64,000 nt of DNA from Lama glama. Lineage: Eukaryota. The translations under genes were made by a program, and so were the position numbers. The notes beneath the pieces were generated by a model. That model saw nothing but the letters and a program-made list of their open reading frames with translations. It made no database searches and had not been told where the DNA came from. Below are positions 13,701 to 27,414 of the stretch, piece by piece. The stretch covers positions 76,882,001 through 76,946,000 of the forward strand of contig CM052817.1 of NCBI GenBank assembly GCA_028534125.1, written 5' to 3'. How positions within the stretch are numbered: position 1 is the stretch's first letter; each line of letters begins with the position of its first letter.

Positions 13701-16054
13701 AATTCTTAATGAGCCCTCTGTCAGTTATATGTGTTGCTAATGCTTCTTCCTTATGTGTGGCTTGTCTTTTTACACCCCTACTGGTACTTTTTGCTTAACA
13801 AAAATAATTTCAGTATAGTCCACTTTATCTTTTTTTTCCTTTTTTGTGTCTGTTTAAAGACATCTTTGCATACCACAAGGTCTGTTTCTGGACTCTCCTT
13901 TCCTTTGGATCTATTTGTGTCATTATACTGTATTGTTTACTATAACTTTAATGTGAATATCTGCCATTGTAGTATCTGCTAACCCCCAAGTTTGTTCATC
14001 TTCTTCAAGATTGCCTTGGCAATTCTTGGCCATCTGAATTTTTATATAAATTTTAAAATCAGTTTATCAGTATCTACAAATTAACTTGCTACTATTTTTA
14101 TTGAGATTATATTAAATTATTAATTAATTTGGGGGAGAATTAGTATCCTAAACATTGAGTGTTCCTATCATATTTCTAATATCATATTCCTAACATATAT
14201 AGGTCCTCTTTAATTACACTTGATAAAACTTTATTGTTTTTATATTTACTCCTTGGCAGGTTTTATGATGCAATAGTAAATGGTGTATTTTTTAAATTTT
14301 TATTTTCCATTTCTCTGTCAAGTATGCAAAAAACAATTGATTTTGTCTGTTGATCTTGTATATAGCAACCTTGCTACATTCATTTATTAATTCTATAGTT
14401 TATAGATTCTTTTGGATTTTCTACCCATTCAATCACATAATTTTTGAAGAGTAAAAATTTTATTTCTTCCTTTCTGAGCTTTATGAGTTTTGTTTCTTTT
14501 CTTGCCTATTGCACAAGCTTCAGTCTGCAGTAAATATTAAATAAAGATGGTAATAGTGACACTCATATCTTGTTCCTGACCTCAGGGGAAATACTTCAGT
14601 AGTTTTGCTCCTGTTCTTAGGGAAATTCTTTCAATAGACTAATTTATAGATATTCTTTATTAGCTTAAGGAAGCTCCCTTCTATTTCTAGATGGCTGAAG
14701 TGTTCTATTGTGAATGGACACTGAATGCATTTTATTTTTAAATTATCTGTTGTCTTTCTTCCCTCACTAAAATGAACACTCCACAAAGGCTTTACTGCTG
14801 TCACACCAGCAAGTAAAACTGTCTGTTGAAGAAAGGGAATGAATGAAAAAATGATTCAGTGAAAATAAAGTCACCTTTATTTGAACTATTAGTATGTATA
14901 TGGAATACAGTTAGAGAATAGAATTTGACCATGTTGTGCTGTGAAAGAAAATCACTCTAAATATTAAGAATAATTTAACACTTTCTTTACCAAACATGAT
15001 AGAAATATAAGAAAACAGTCCTAATAACTCAGGTTTTGCCCAGTACTGAATGCTAAAGAATGACTCTAGCCAATTGCTCTCCTTCATTCTTGTTTCTCAA
15101 AGACTTGTCCTCTTTCCTTATTTGCTGTGAGTACTTTCCACAACTCATAGTAAGAACATCCTCTCTGTAAGCCTGGGAAAGTAGAACACAGGCTAAGGCT
15201 TGAAAGAATTTTGTTATCTGTATACAGTAGGAAAACTCCCACAGAAATTTGACCAGGGTTGTCTAAAACCAGTCAGATCAGTTTTCAATGGGAACAGATA
15301 TAAAAATTAATATTCTGAATCCTTCAAAAATTAGATATTGTAAAGTTTAATTGAATTACATTGTCTTTCTTTCTACATGAGTAATTCTGTTTTCTAGTAA
15401 AAATTTTATTTTATTCAGTCTTGAAAAGGAGAAAAACAGCAGTGTCAAAATAGTAGACTTTATTTCAGGAGAGAGTTTCATCTTGTTTGATTTATTTTAG
15501 TTTTTGAAGGAGTTGTGCATGTTGTGAGAAATAAAGATATAGTGGAATAAAAATTACAGTTCCCTAGTTCCCTTTTAGTGAGCAACACCATATTCTAGGT
15601 ACTTAACTAAGCACTTTTCATGTACCTTTTCATCAAATCCTAGGAGTTAAGGAATATGTTACCTTGTTTTCTAGATAAGAACCCATAAACTTAGAGGGGC
15701 ACAAGTTCATATAGGTAGTTAAGTGTTAAAAAAACAGTCTTAACTTTAGGTCAGTCAGAGTCTAATTCTTATGCATTAGAAAAAAAAATGGATTTTTGTT
15801 GTTCAGTTGTCAATCCTTGATTAAGGAAGCTGAATGGCAAAGGTTACTTCCCCTTACCTTTAGGGGAAGTTCTTTAGGTTTGTATATTTTCCCAAATCAC
15901 TGAGGACCAATAGTATTTGTAAATTCTAATTATAATCGTAGAATTCATTAACAATGTGAAGAGCAATGTTACATGAATTAGTAAATCCTAATCTTATTTT
16001 TACACTCCATGTTTGGTTCATGAATGATAGTTAAGGGCCCTGGAGATGTGTTAT

Positions 16055-16250
16055 CTAGGTTAGAATTTAGGCTCTGAATTCAGAATTTATCCCATCATTC
16101 CCAGTGATGTGGAACAAATTACTTTACCTCTCCCAATAACAATTTCCTTATCTGTAAAATGGAGTTAGCAAGGTCCTTAGCTCCTAGGGTTGGAGTGAGA
16201 ATTAAATAAGATGATCCTAAAAAGCACTTAGCACAGTCTCAGTCAATGAT
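16055..16250 (+). mobile_element. MIR SINE
   Basis: aatttccttatctgtaaaatggag...agggttggagtgagaattaaataagat...aaagcacttagcacagt. Confidence 0.8.
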
Positions 16251-17653
16251 GGTGTTTTTAATATAATATCAGAATAGGAAATACTACAAATAAAATACTG
16301 AAGAGACATAAGTTATTTAAATAGATACATAATAAAATAATTTTTAATAATCATAAGAGTTCAGTATAGTTTTGTAACAACTTAAGAAATGACCGTTAAA
16401 ATTGTGGAATTTGACTCCAAGTTCATTTCTCCTTCTCCAGTTCTGACTGAAATAGGGAAAGTGGGGGTGTAAGGAGTGGCAAGAGGCCAGGACAATCCAA
16501 CCATGAACAACTGTTTCAGCTACTTTTTATCATAAGGTTTAAAGTAATAAGCAATAGACACTTGTTCTCAATATAATTAATTCTGATATAAAACATCCCC
16601 AAAGTAGGATTAAAGGAAATCAGATAAGAAAGAGTAATAAAGAAAAAAGGACAGGCGTACAATTATGCCTACTATGAATTTACATAAATCTGTCAGAGGG
16701 CAGACGTCGTTTGTCTAACTGCTGCATGATTAAAATGTATGAATATTTTAATATCAGATTTCACCATAATATTCAGGGAAGGACAACAAATGCCTGAGCT
16801 TTCGTTCCAAAGAACTCTGAAATCTGTTGCAATGTTCTGATAATTAAGCTTTGGATGAAGGCCAACTAGAAAAATGAACAGAGGTAACAAGGATGCAGGG
16901 AAAGATAGGAATTATAGAGGACAAGAAATAGAGATTAAAGGTGGTAGGAGGGGTGACTTTTCATAAACAAGGAAATCTCAGCTCACTTTACCCAGGGGAT
17001 GTGGAAATCAGAAATGAACTGTTTACTGGGAAACCCCAAGAGACATATGCTGTTTTCAGTACAGAAAAGTAAAGTTTCAACAGGTAACTGACTGTAATTT
17101 TAATTAATATGCTGTCCTGAGGACATACAAAATATTAAGCAAGAGGAGTATACGTAAACTGAGATGTTTAATTGTAGGGAATCCAAATGTCATACCTATG
17201 TCAAAAAATAAAAATAAACAAAGTATTAAGGCATCACCAGTCACATGTCGCCAGTGTTTCTCTACCAGGGCTGCCTTATTTATTACCTAAAAGCTAACAG
17301 GACCCAAGACTTTGCCATGATTGGAGTCATCAGAGATTCTAAACCCCTAATTCCATCTGCTATTCCTTTGCAGTCTCTCTAGAAGGCTTCCCTGAGCTAT
17401 AAGATAGTTACTCAGAAGCCCCAAGAATGCTTGATGTTGGTGACTCATTAATCAGAGCAATTAGTTAATACAATAGCTTGATCAGTTCTTAACTTCTTAA
17501 ATACAGTGTCCTCTCTGCCACATAACATTCAGGGGAGACCCACCTCCACCCCATGCAGTATTACAGCTAAACACACACACAAAAGGAGACACATAAGAGA
17601 CACAAGACAAACAGGAACAGGAAATATAGGAGGGAAAAAAAATGGGCATTTTA

Positions 17654-18216
17654 AGCACTATTTACAATAGCCAAGACATGGAAACAACCTAAATGTCTAT
17701 TGACAGATGACTGGATAGAGAAGTTTGGTATATTTATACAATGGAATACTACTCAGCCATAAAAAGAATAAAATAGCGCCATTTGCAGTAACATGGATGG
17801 AGCTGGAGATCGTTATTCTAAGTGAAGAAAGCCAGAAAGAGAAAGAAAAATACCATATGATATCACTTATATATGGAATCTTAAAAAAAAAAAGACACAA
17901 ATGAACTTATTTACAAAACAGAAACAGACTCACAGACATAGAAAACAAACTATGGTTACCGGGGGGAGGGGACTGGGAAGGGATAAACTGGGAGTTCATG
18001 ATTTGCAGATACTAACTACTATATATAAAATGGATAAACAACAAGTTTCTTCTGTATAGCAGATGGAACTATATTCAATATCTTGTAGTAATGTATAATG
18101 AAAAAGAATATGAAAACAAATAAATGTATGTCTATATATCACTGAAACATTATGCTGTACCCCAGAAATTAACACACTGTAACTGACTGTACTTCAAGAA
18201 AAAAGTATAAATAAAT
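17654..18216 (+). mobile_element. Camelid/cetartiodactyl L1, 5'-truncated, with TSD
   Basis: gcactatttacaatagccaagacatggaaacaacctaaatgt...ctaagtgaagaaagccagaaagagaaagaaaaataccatatgat plus tail. Flanked by aaatgggcatttta and aaataggcatttta (one mismatch). Confidence 0.95.
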
Positions 18217-19987
18217 AAATAGGCATTTTAGATTACCCAGTGTGTGACAGGACTGTGCAGACACTTGCTCCCAGAAAGAATAAAATAGGTACTGCTATCC
18301 ATATTTTTGCCTGCATGAATACCAACATTAAAGGGGTTATGTGACTTGCCCACAATCACACAACTCAAATGTGTTGGAACCTATAAATAACCTAAAAAAT
18401 CTGACTCCAAAGGCTATACTTATTCAACTATACTATGGTAACAGGAGTGTATGATGAAGAGGAAAAAATTAAGGGAAATAAAACAGATTAGATTTAAAGA
18501 TGCTCTTTAGAGAGAGAGAGAAAAAAAATTCCTTCATATCAGCAGAGTACCTAAACATTGAAGACGGTCCTTGTTGAAGGATTATTATTCCACTCATTCT
18601 ATATAATCTTGTCCCTCCTGCATAAATTAGAACAGACAAGCGGCCTCATACTACAACTTTATCCTTGGTAAATCTCCTTTATTGCCCAATAAATCATCAG
18701 ATCTGATTCTTTTCCTGCCAGTAGGCTCTGCCTTCCTTCTCTTGGAAAAATTAAATGAGAGAACAGTGGTAACAAGCACTGGGCTCAGGTGGCTGGGCCA
18801 GGGCAGCAGCCCATCCTCCATCTTTAGCCTGTAGGGTCCTATTAAAACCAGTCACATCAGAACTACTATTGAAAACAGGAGAGAGCATTTCTCCACCCAA
18901 ATCAGACATCATGTGAAGAATCCACTGTTCTAGGACCTTATTAGATTCAGTGTTGTGGCTGAAATTCAAGTGCAGCTGCCTAATTTTGTGATGATTAATA
19001 ATCATCTTATGCTATGCCAAGACAGGTACCTTACACTGCTCTGATTTCATGCTTTAGCAAACTGTGCCTGAGGAAGTACAAAAAGAAACTCCTACCCTTG
19101 CAGGCAAGTTAAGAGAGCTGTGTGACTTCCCACACTCAACTAAACTGCAGGTCAGGGAGACTGGAGGAAATAAAACAAGCCCATGTTTGAAAAACCAGAA
19201 GAACAACAACAAAGCTTTGACTTTCAGGGAAATAGAAGTTTCTTGGTGGAAAGTCTGCTTCCAAGAACTTGACAGAAAGGAAGAGCGTGAGGAGCAGGAG
19301 TACCACCAAGGAGCAGCTTGGATGGTTTCACTCTGACTTCACTACTTTTCAGCTTCTTTTCATCACTGTAATCCTTTCTTCTTTCTTCCCTTCAGTTTTC
19401 TCTAGTTTTCCCAATAACAGTTCCTCCATTTCCCCCTTTTCTACTTTTTGTGCCTTAGTTTTCTCTAAATATGACTGAGCAGCTGCATCTCAGACTTAAG
19501 GAGTAAACCAGATAAATTATGGAATTATTTTGTTGAGACTGTTGTGTCACAACCCATCAGAACGATTTACTGTTGGGGCTCTGCTGTACATCTCCTCACT
19601 CACATCCCCTTGATTGCATTCCCTGCTCAGCCCCTATTCTCTCCAAACTACAAATTACACAAAGATGCTAAAGGTTAAAAGTTCTAACATCCTTGGGAAT
19701 GGTTCTGTACGTCCGTCTTGCAGTGATTTTACAGCCATATCTCATGTTTAAAAACTTTTAAAAGAACTGTATCACACTCTCTGGTTGTTCCTCGAGGCAT
19801 GTTATTTTCCTTTGTTACATTTCATGTTCAATTATATGTATTGAAGATAATATAAATGGTAACTTCTAAATATATAATTGGATGGATGGGTGGATGGATA
19901 TATAACAGATATATAGACAGATAAACAGACGATCAGTGTAACTGAAATTAACTGAATAATCTTCCCCCTCTTCCGCCCCAACCCAAG

Positions 19988-20142
19988 GAACTGAAGAGGA
20001 AGATGAAGGGGATGACCGTCTGTTGGGATCTGTGGATGAGTTCTGGTGGTTTCCACACATGTGGAGCCACATGCAGCCCCACCTCTTCCATAATGAGTCA
20101 TCTTTGGTGGAGCAGATGATTCTCAACAAAAAATTTGCCTTA
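19988..20142 (+). CDS. NDST3: NDST3 internal coding exon (probable exon 4, 155 nt, phase 1 to 0): (G)[51 protein letters not shown]
   Basis: C-rich acceptor ...ccccaacccaag and donor TTA/gtaagt. Contains the [19 protein letters not shown] motif with the HxxxH metal-binding His pair at 20056-20070. Not in the ORF track; translated by hand. Confidence 0.96.
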
Positions 20143-20559
20143 GTAAGTAACTTACTTTGAACATTACAATGAACTAATGTAAACTGACTATAGAAATGAC
20201 TGGCTTTTTATGTTGAGAATGTCTTAGAGGTTTTTGGCATATTGGCACTTTTTAAGCAGATTTTTCTATGTGACCATTAGAACAACTTGGTAATGCCCCC
20301 TTTCAGTATGTGACTTAAGAGTTTGTACCGGGTACTTAATGCTTAGAGGGGTCTCATTTAAGAGGAACTTCACCAGACACTCATAAGATTTAGTTACATG
20401 ACATTGTGGTCAGAGCTCATAAAACATGGCTCCTGTCCAGAAGGATCTTCCTGCTGCACTGCAAAAGCAAAATACCAACATAAAACAATTCTCCAATAAA
20501 ATGAGATATTCCTTGACCTAGTGCCAAACCATATAGACATCAAACCCACAGTTCAGAGG

Positions 20560-20629
20560 GTTCACAGCAGCACTACTTACAGTAGCCAAGACATGGAAAC
20601 AACCTAAATGTCCATCAACAGATGACTGG

Positions 20630-20681
<52 letters not shown>

Positions 20682-21142
20682 GAATATTACTCAGCCAGAA
20701 AAAAGAATGAAATAATGCCATTTGCAGCAACATGAATGGACCTAGAGATTATCATATTAAGTGAAGTAAGTCAGAGAAAGACAATTGTCACTTATATGTG
20801 AAATCTAAATATATATATATAAATCTTATTTACAAACCAAAAATAGAGTCATGGACATAAAAAGCAAATTATGGTTAACAAAGGGGAAATAGCTGGGGAG
20901 GGATAAATTAAGAGTTTGGATGGATACACATTACTATATACAAAATAGATAAGTGACAAGAACCTACTGTATAGAAATTAAACTATATTCAATTTCTTGT
21001 AGTAACATAATGGAAAAGAACCTGAAAATATATATATGTATATGTATAACTGAATTGCTCTGCTGTACAGCTGAAATTAACATTGTAAATCAACTACACT
21101 TCAATAAAGAAAAATTTTTTATAAAAATAAATAAATAAAAAG
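20560..21142 (+). mobile_element. Cetartiodactyl-type L1 3' fragment containing a (CA)n
   Basis: gttcacagcagcactacttacagtagccaagacatggaaacaacctaaatgtccatcaacagatgactgga...caactacacttcaataaa plus an A-rich tail. Confidence 0.93.
20632..20678. repeat. (AC)~23 microsatellite
   Basis: Read directly from sequence. Confidence 0.97.
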
Positions 21143-23815
21143 ATTTAAAGCCAAAAGAAAAAAAGAGTTAGGTATCAAGAGAGAATCTGGAGTGAAATGA
21201 GGCTTAGTGAAAACACCAGTTTTCCAGATGTAACACTTACTTGTACAAGTTCTAATAAGTACAGTACATGAGAAAATGTGCTTGTAATGAGCAGAGATGG
21301 TATACAGTGATAAACAAGCCAATAAGGCACATCTATAGGTAGGTAGGGTGGTTTTTGTTTCTATAAATTATTCTAATGGGCACACAAACATATGAAAGTG
21401 TTAACATCTCTCTTGGCTGGCCAACCAGTAAAATATGAAAGATTCAAGCAATGGATAGAGTTATTCCTGTGATTTAAGACAAACTCGACGTAATAGAGCT
21501 GAGATTACTCTAGCCAGTGTAGAAAGCAGGGTCTCATGAGAAAAAGAGCAAATATCATGAGACTCATGGATCTTTCTTTGAGAGAAATACAGCCATGTAA
21601 CTATTAGTTCTTTGGCTAATCAGAATTTAAGAAAGTACTTATGTCCACTTGTCATGTTATGTGTTCTACATAAACTTCTAAAACCCTAAGATGTTTGAAT
21701 AGTTGATCCACATGGTATCTAACTCAAATTTATACAAGAAAAGGTTAGAATTTATAAAATGTATTGGAGTTTTTTTCTTGAGGCTATAGAAGACAAGATA
21801 CTTTACGGGTAGCATCGGGAGCCAATGCTTGTCTTTCAACTTCAGTCTACTCTCCAAAATAGGTAGCTTCAAATGTACCTTTGTCATGCATTGATATTTT
21901 GTCAAGAAAGCAAAAATGGTACCCTCCATGCTGATATTGTGAAAATGTTTTGACAGTATTTGCAAACTCCTGTGAGATGGAGAGCTACAATTTTTTCCAC
22001 CAAAATATAAACAGGAGTAGTAAATGGCAAATAAAAGTGGGTAAACATTGCCACAATTTGTAATAGAGAGCACTAAAAATCCTCTCAATGCAGCAAACAT
22101 CAATTCTATCATCTTCAGAAGTCTAAAAGACTGCTGATATTAGCAATATTAATCAGCAAGAGAGGGTGTGGAGAAGAAAATTGTAGTTTCTTTTTAAATC
22201 TGTGGAAAAAGAAAGGAATTTGTAAAAGAAGAAAATACATAAAGTGAAAGAAGGTAACAGTAAAATATAAACTGACAAGTGAGGAGGGAAGTTTTTATGT
22301 TTATTGTTATTATTTTGGTAGCCTTTTAAAAAGTTTATCAAGGTACATTTGATGAAAAGATGTGACATTCACTATTATAACCCCTTGAAAATAGAACATG
22401 ATCTAGAATAATGGTGTTCTATTCTGACTTGGGTGAATGAATCATCTGCATGCCAATATTATGGTTATACTTAAAACAAGCATAAATACTTGAAAGTACA
22501 TACAGTAAGAACAGACATGCACAGTTGTCCATATTTTTTTAGAATTCTCAACTAAAAGGCATGATGAATTGAAAGAATAATTCAAAATTGAAATTTGGTC
22601 ATCCTTAACCTCAAGTGCCAAGCAGAGGACATTTCTCAAAAGTGTCATTCCTAGTTTCAGGTTGACAACCCAAATTATGGTCCTTGAAGCAGAAGAGAAC
22701 ATTCATAAAAGTTTAATCAAATACAGGATCAGTTAGCTTTTTTGTCAGGAGAGGACACATATGAAGAGACTGAATCCAAGAACAGTCCCTCCCCAGCCAT
22801 AACAACAAGGAAGAGAAAAAGAGCATTTGGGAGGAGTGATTAGTACACAACAAACATGCAGTAGATAACAGCTGTTGTTTTTATTATCATTATATTCAGT
22901 ATCATAAAACTACCATCTACAGTTTTTGTCTTGGTTCCTGAGGTATTTACAGTGATAGGTAAGGGGGAAAAAGGTCCTCAAGTATAGAAGCTTATTTTGT
23001 ATTGGAATGACATTTGGTTAATCAATTTTACACATTTTAAAAATATGTGTTAACTCTCACTTCCCATCAAGACATTAGGGTCACAAAGCTGCTAAATTTA
23101 AAGATGTAGTAAGAAGAGTTCAAGAGTTTAATTTTAGTTGTTTATATATTCTGTATTATTTCCTTTAATCCTTACAACAACCCTTAATTGCAGGAATATT
23201 TACTCTCACACTATAGAGAAGTAAACTGAAAAGTCAGAGAAATACAGTGACATTAATGATTATGAAGCTCACTAGTAGTAGAATTTGAAACCAGAAATTC
23301 TGGTTTTCTAAAACTGCAAAAATTGTGATCTCCACACTTCCTCATTAACTTCCCAAACTAATTCACAGATATAAGTCTAGATTTCTCTTTTGCCTGGTAA
23401 TCTAAGGGAATAACTGGTAGTTCTGCTAAACACATGGGAAATGATAACTAGAGGGGAAACTCATAGGGCAAATTCTCCCTTAGGTTCCAATAGGTTCCCT
23501 AAGTAGGCAGAGTTCCTAAAATGTTGGTAAAGGAGACAAACAACTAAATCTGAGGAGCTTTCCACAAGTCTGAATATCATTTGTTATATATAGATATAGA
23601 GTCTACTTTAATTCAAAGAAACTATCTTGGAGGAGATTCTGCCTTAACTGTCAACTTATTAGATAGAACAAACAAAAGCTTGACCTGTGCTAATATTGCA
23701 TTTCTAAATTGGGCCACATTATGCTTTTTTTCAGCAGCTTAGAGGCTCTAAATTTTAAAATAAGCATGAATGTTTACCAGTGAAGGTCCTGAGAGAAAAT
23801 ACAAAGAAGCAACTG

Positions 23816-23922
23816 CAGGGTAGGAGTGGGTATAGCTCAGTAGTAGAACACACGCTTAGCATGCACTAAGTCCTGCATTCAATCCCCAGAAGCTCCACTG
23901 AAAAGAATAAAATAAAAAATTT
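23816..23922 (+). mobile_element. Camelid tRNA-Ala-derived SINE (vic-1 type), short form
   Basis: gggtatagctcagtagtagaacacacgcttagcatgcac...ttcaatccccag plus A-rich tail. Perfect 12-bp TSD AAGAAGCAACTG at 23804-23815 and 23923-23934. Confidence 0.93.
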
Positions 23923-25989
23923 AAGAAGCAACTGAGTGTTCAAACAACTAAACTGGAGGCCATGTATAAAATTCAGTATTCAAATGAGTGATTGAGTTAA
24001 AGGACATTTAAAGTACTTTTCCAACTAAGAGAATCTGAGACTATGATGTTAAAAAAACATCTCTGGTTGGGTCCTATCACCATCTACAGCCAAACACGTG
24101 TTATTTTCATTGAGTTTTAGCAAGCACATCTGATCTATTATCCTTTAGCACAATGTGGACATTTCTGTCTCACAAGGGGATTTGATGTTCATTTTAATTT
24201 AGCTTTGAAAGCTCTGTCTAATTGCTTATTGTGGAAGGTCAAGCAAATCCTTTAAGCAAACTTGCATTTGATGATTAAAACTATCAGGAAATACAGTTTT
24301 AGAGGTCGATTATAAAATATTTTTAGTTATCAAATATGGGCTATTTCAGGTATTAAAATTAAATTTCAACAGGGGATTTTCTAGAAAGGTACCATTCCTG
24401 AGGCAAAGATCAATTGTAACATTATTGATCTAAAATACAGTTTGAAATATCTATTGTACAGCTTTAAAATTGGACAGAATTCCATTAGAAAAATAAAACA
24501 ATTTATTACATTTAAACCTCAAAAAAATCATCAATATATATACTCTCAATTGAAGAATTGGATTTAAAATTTCTGTAAATTATGGTAGTTTAATTCTTAG
24601 TGATAAAACAATTAGTAGAAAATTTTATCATTGAATTCACTGCCAATATCAGTGATACTTAACACTGTTACAGACAATACTATTAAAATTAGTAGTGATG
24701 GAATGATGGTCCTGATCCTGAAAACATAAAATCTTGCCCAGGATTGTAATTTTGATTACACTATTATTATTCTTTCAAATAGTGTCCTTTTCCCCCTTCT
24801 TTTCCAAGTTCAGCAGAACCTGCTAATTTACATTAGCTGAAATGTCTAGTGTCAATTATGCAACATTTTAGATTAGTGAGCACATTAACTTTTCTAAAAT
24901 GGAAATAAAGATTATAGTATCAAAATGTAATTTAAAATATATTGAAAGACTTGCTGGCTTAAGGAATATATAATAATCTTTTAATTAGTTCACTTGCCAG
25001 CTAGAGAATGAATGAATTTTATCATTTTTACTTCAGTGAAGCACTTTATTAAAAAAGGACATTAGATTTTCATTTCATTGATATTGAAAACAAGTATATA
25101 TAATTCTAATGGTCCTAGTAAAAACAGAGTTCAAATCAGAATGCAAAAAGTCTGCTCTGAGCTGGTAGATCACTTATAGAGTAATGTAAACAGCTCAGTT
25201 TAAGAAAGACACTAGCCATTATTCAGAGCAGGATAACCAACATGGTAAAGTATATAATTACTTCACAAAGAGAATGGCTGAAGGAACTTGGAGAAGATAA
25301 GACACAGAAGAGAAGAGTAAAGAATATGTTATCAGCGTTAACATTCAACTTAAAAGTACTGGTGTGGCCATGCTAGTTACTACAATATTGAAAAGTGTCA
25401 ACACTACTACCCCTCCCCACACCTGGATCGCAGGCCCTCCCCCAGGATGTCCCAAACCTCCCAACTACTCAGCAACTAAAGGGACCTGGCTCAGGTCTCC
25501 AGCATTCAGCTCCAGCTTTGCAGTTGGCAACAGGTCTGACTGATCAGTGGCGTGGCATACTGGCTGTAAATACCTTGAATATTATCCCTGAATATAATCA
25601 GTCAGTCAGTGAGCATAAAATCCACACAACTGCTAACCTTGTGTCTGCTTTCGCTTTTTCATATCTCCTACTCACTGTTCCCAATCATTTCCCAGTTTCT
25701 ATGAGTTCATTGTTTTGTACCACATCCTACTCCATTTCAAAATTTCCCATCCCCATTCCACTTTCAAGTTTTTTCTCCCATACCTGGATCATGACAACAG
25801 CGTCCAAACTAATCTCCCCAATTCCCCATTCTTTTCCTTTAGTTGATGCTCAAATCGGGGAAAGCTGTGAAACTTGAAGTTCTATTATTCTGTTTCCCCT
25901 AGGTGAATAGAACGTAGCATTTCAGTTTTTAGGAAGATTATTGACTCTCCAGAGGAAATGTAGGAAGAGAACATTTTGAGATCTAGATA

Positions 25990-26180
25990 TTTACCAGGCA
26001 TTGTGCTTAGTGCTTTCCCCACATCCCCAATTAATCCTCACAACCACCTGTGAGCCTAGTTATTCTCATATTTAAAATGCAGAAAGTGAAGCTCAGAGAG
26101 CTTATATAATTTTCTTAAAATCACACAGGCAGTGGAAGCTAGAGAAAGGATTTGATCTCAGATCTGTCAGCCTCCAAAGC
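25990..26180 (-). mobile_element. MIR SINE
   Basis: ccaggcattgtgcttagtgcttt...aatcctcacaaccacctgtgag...gaagctcagagag...ggatttgatctcagatctgtc. Confidence 0.8.
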
Positions 26181-26528
26181 TTGAATAACTAGCATGTTTT
26201 GTGTAACTGCAAATTGCCATGCCATTGATAGTGTTGTTGATCACTATTACACAAACCTCATAACGAAAATGTTATTACCTTCCTGAAGGGTTATATTTTT
26301 AAACAAATGCAGAATATTAAAATCTGACTTTTTACAATGTTTTTCTTTTAAATTGCTGTTTATATGATTCATGTAATTTCCTGTGTTTGGGCAACCAGCA
26401 CCACAAGTGTTAACTGTCCTGATGGCTATTATAAATACCAGAGGATATGCAATAGTTATAACAAAGATCAATATCAACTTTTCTATACTGTCAGTAGTAT
26501 GACTTCAGTTAAAATTAGTACTGTGCAA

Positions 26529-26672
26529 GGGGGAAGGGTATAGTTCAGTGGTAAAGCACGTGCCTAGCATGCATGAGGTCCTGGGTTCAATCTCCAGTAC
26601 TTCCATTAAAATAAATAAATAAACAAACCTAATCACTTCCCCCTCAAAAAAAGATAAATTAAAAAAAATTTT
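26529..26672 (+). mobile_element. Camelid vic-1-type SINE, long form
   Basis: gggtatagttcagtggtaaagcacgtgcctagcatgcatgaggtcctgggttcaatctccagtac + (taaa)n + aaacctaatcacttccccc + A tail. Diverged TSD tagtactgtgca / tagtaccataca. Confidence 0.93.
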
Positions 26673-27414
26673 TAATAGTACCATACAGACTTAAAGATTC
26701 CTGATCTAATCAACCTTACATATCTTCAGAAAGATTAAATGTGTTGGCAAGTACTTTGGGAATTTAAGCCTGTCCCTGAATTGTTTACAGTTTTATTACC
26801 TCTCAGGGACCCTCAAAGGTCCACATTAAATTCGTGGCTTCAAACTCTGAGAAAGCTGAATTAAACTTAATCCTCCAATTCCTCCATTGTGTCTCAAAAT
26901 AATTTTATTTTCAATTACTTTGCTACAGCCTAAAATAAGCTTCATAAATTCTTCGGGGCTTTTTTTTCTTTCTTTTAACATTTCTACAAACTCCTTCATG
27001 TGTTTACTTGAAGAAATTTTAGCAATTTAAAAAAAATTAGCCTGGCCTGTGAAAAGTACAAGTGTTTACATCATTCTTTTGAGTATTCTTACAAAAGTGC
27101 ACGCTTCAGTGACGTGTTTACTTATGAGACACTCAACAAAGATATGGAGACACTTCAGAAATTCTGAAGGGAACTCTGAGAGAGGAAACCAGCATGCTCT
27201 CTTAAATGGAAACTCACTTTAAGTAAATTATATAGTTATTAGGGAAGACTAGAAGAAGATCTGTCACTCTCCTCGAAATAATTTTATCTTAGAGGTTACA
27301 AGTGAAAATGAAGGTTAAAGCTGAGTATACATACCTTTTGTAACCCTTTTTCTGTATTGGTACTGAATTATTAGCTTAACTCTTGTTTCTGGAATTTCTA
27401 TTTTTTCCCTACCC

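Larger units (their letters stand above)
12285..14730 (-). mobile_element. Old L1 (L1MD/ME-like), interrupted by two younger L1 insertions
   Basis: aaccactatcctgacttctaa, ttgggttgtttccagtct, ttttcaaagtgcttgtaccaattta, ttcttcaagattgccttggcaattcttggcc and ttgatcttgtatatagcaaccttgcta are antisense L1M ORF2/3' UTR signatures. Confidence 0.9.

Noticed and set aside
15846..15870. Short inverted repeats of 8-9 bp (here and near 21531, 38219 and 54141)
   Set aside because: Stems of this length are expected by chance in 64 kb of AT-rich DNA.
21678..22112. 144-aa minus-strand ORF
   Set aside because: No recognisable homology, composition typical of AT-rich non-coding DNA, and no promoter or splice support.
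25395..25877. Longest ORF in the track (160 aa)
   Set aside because: GTG start, S/P/L/T-rich composition and no recognisable domain; the 3' part looks like decayed L2. Consistent with a chance ORF.
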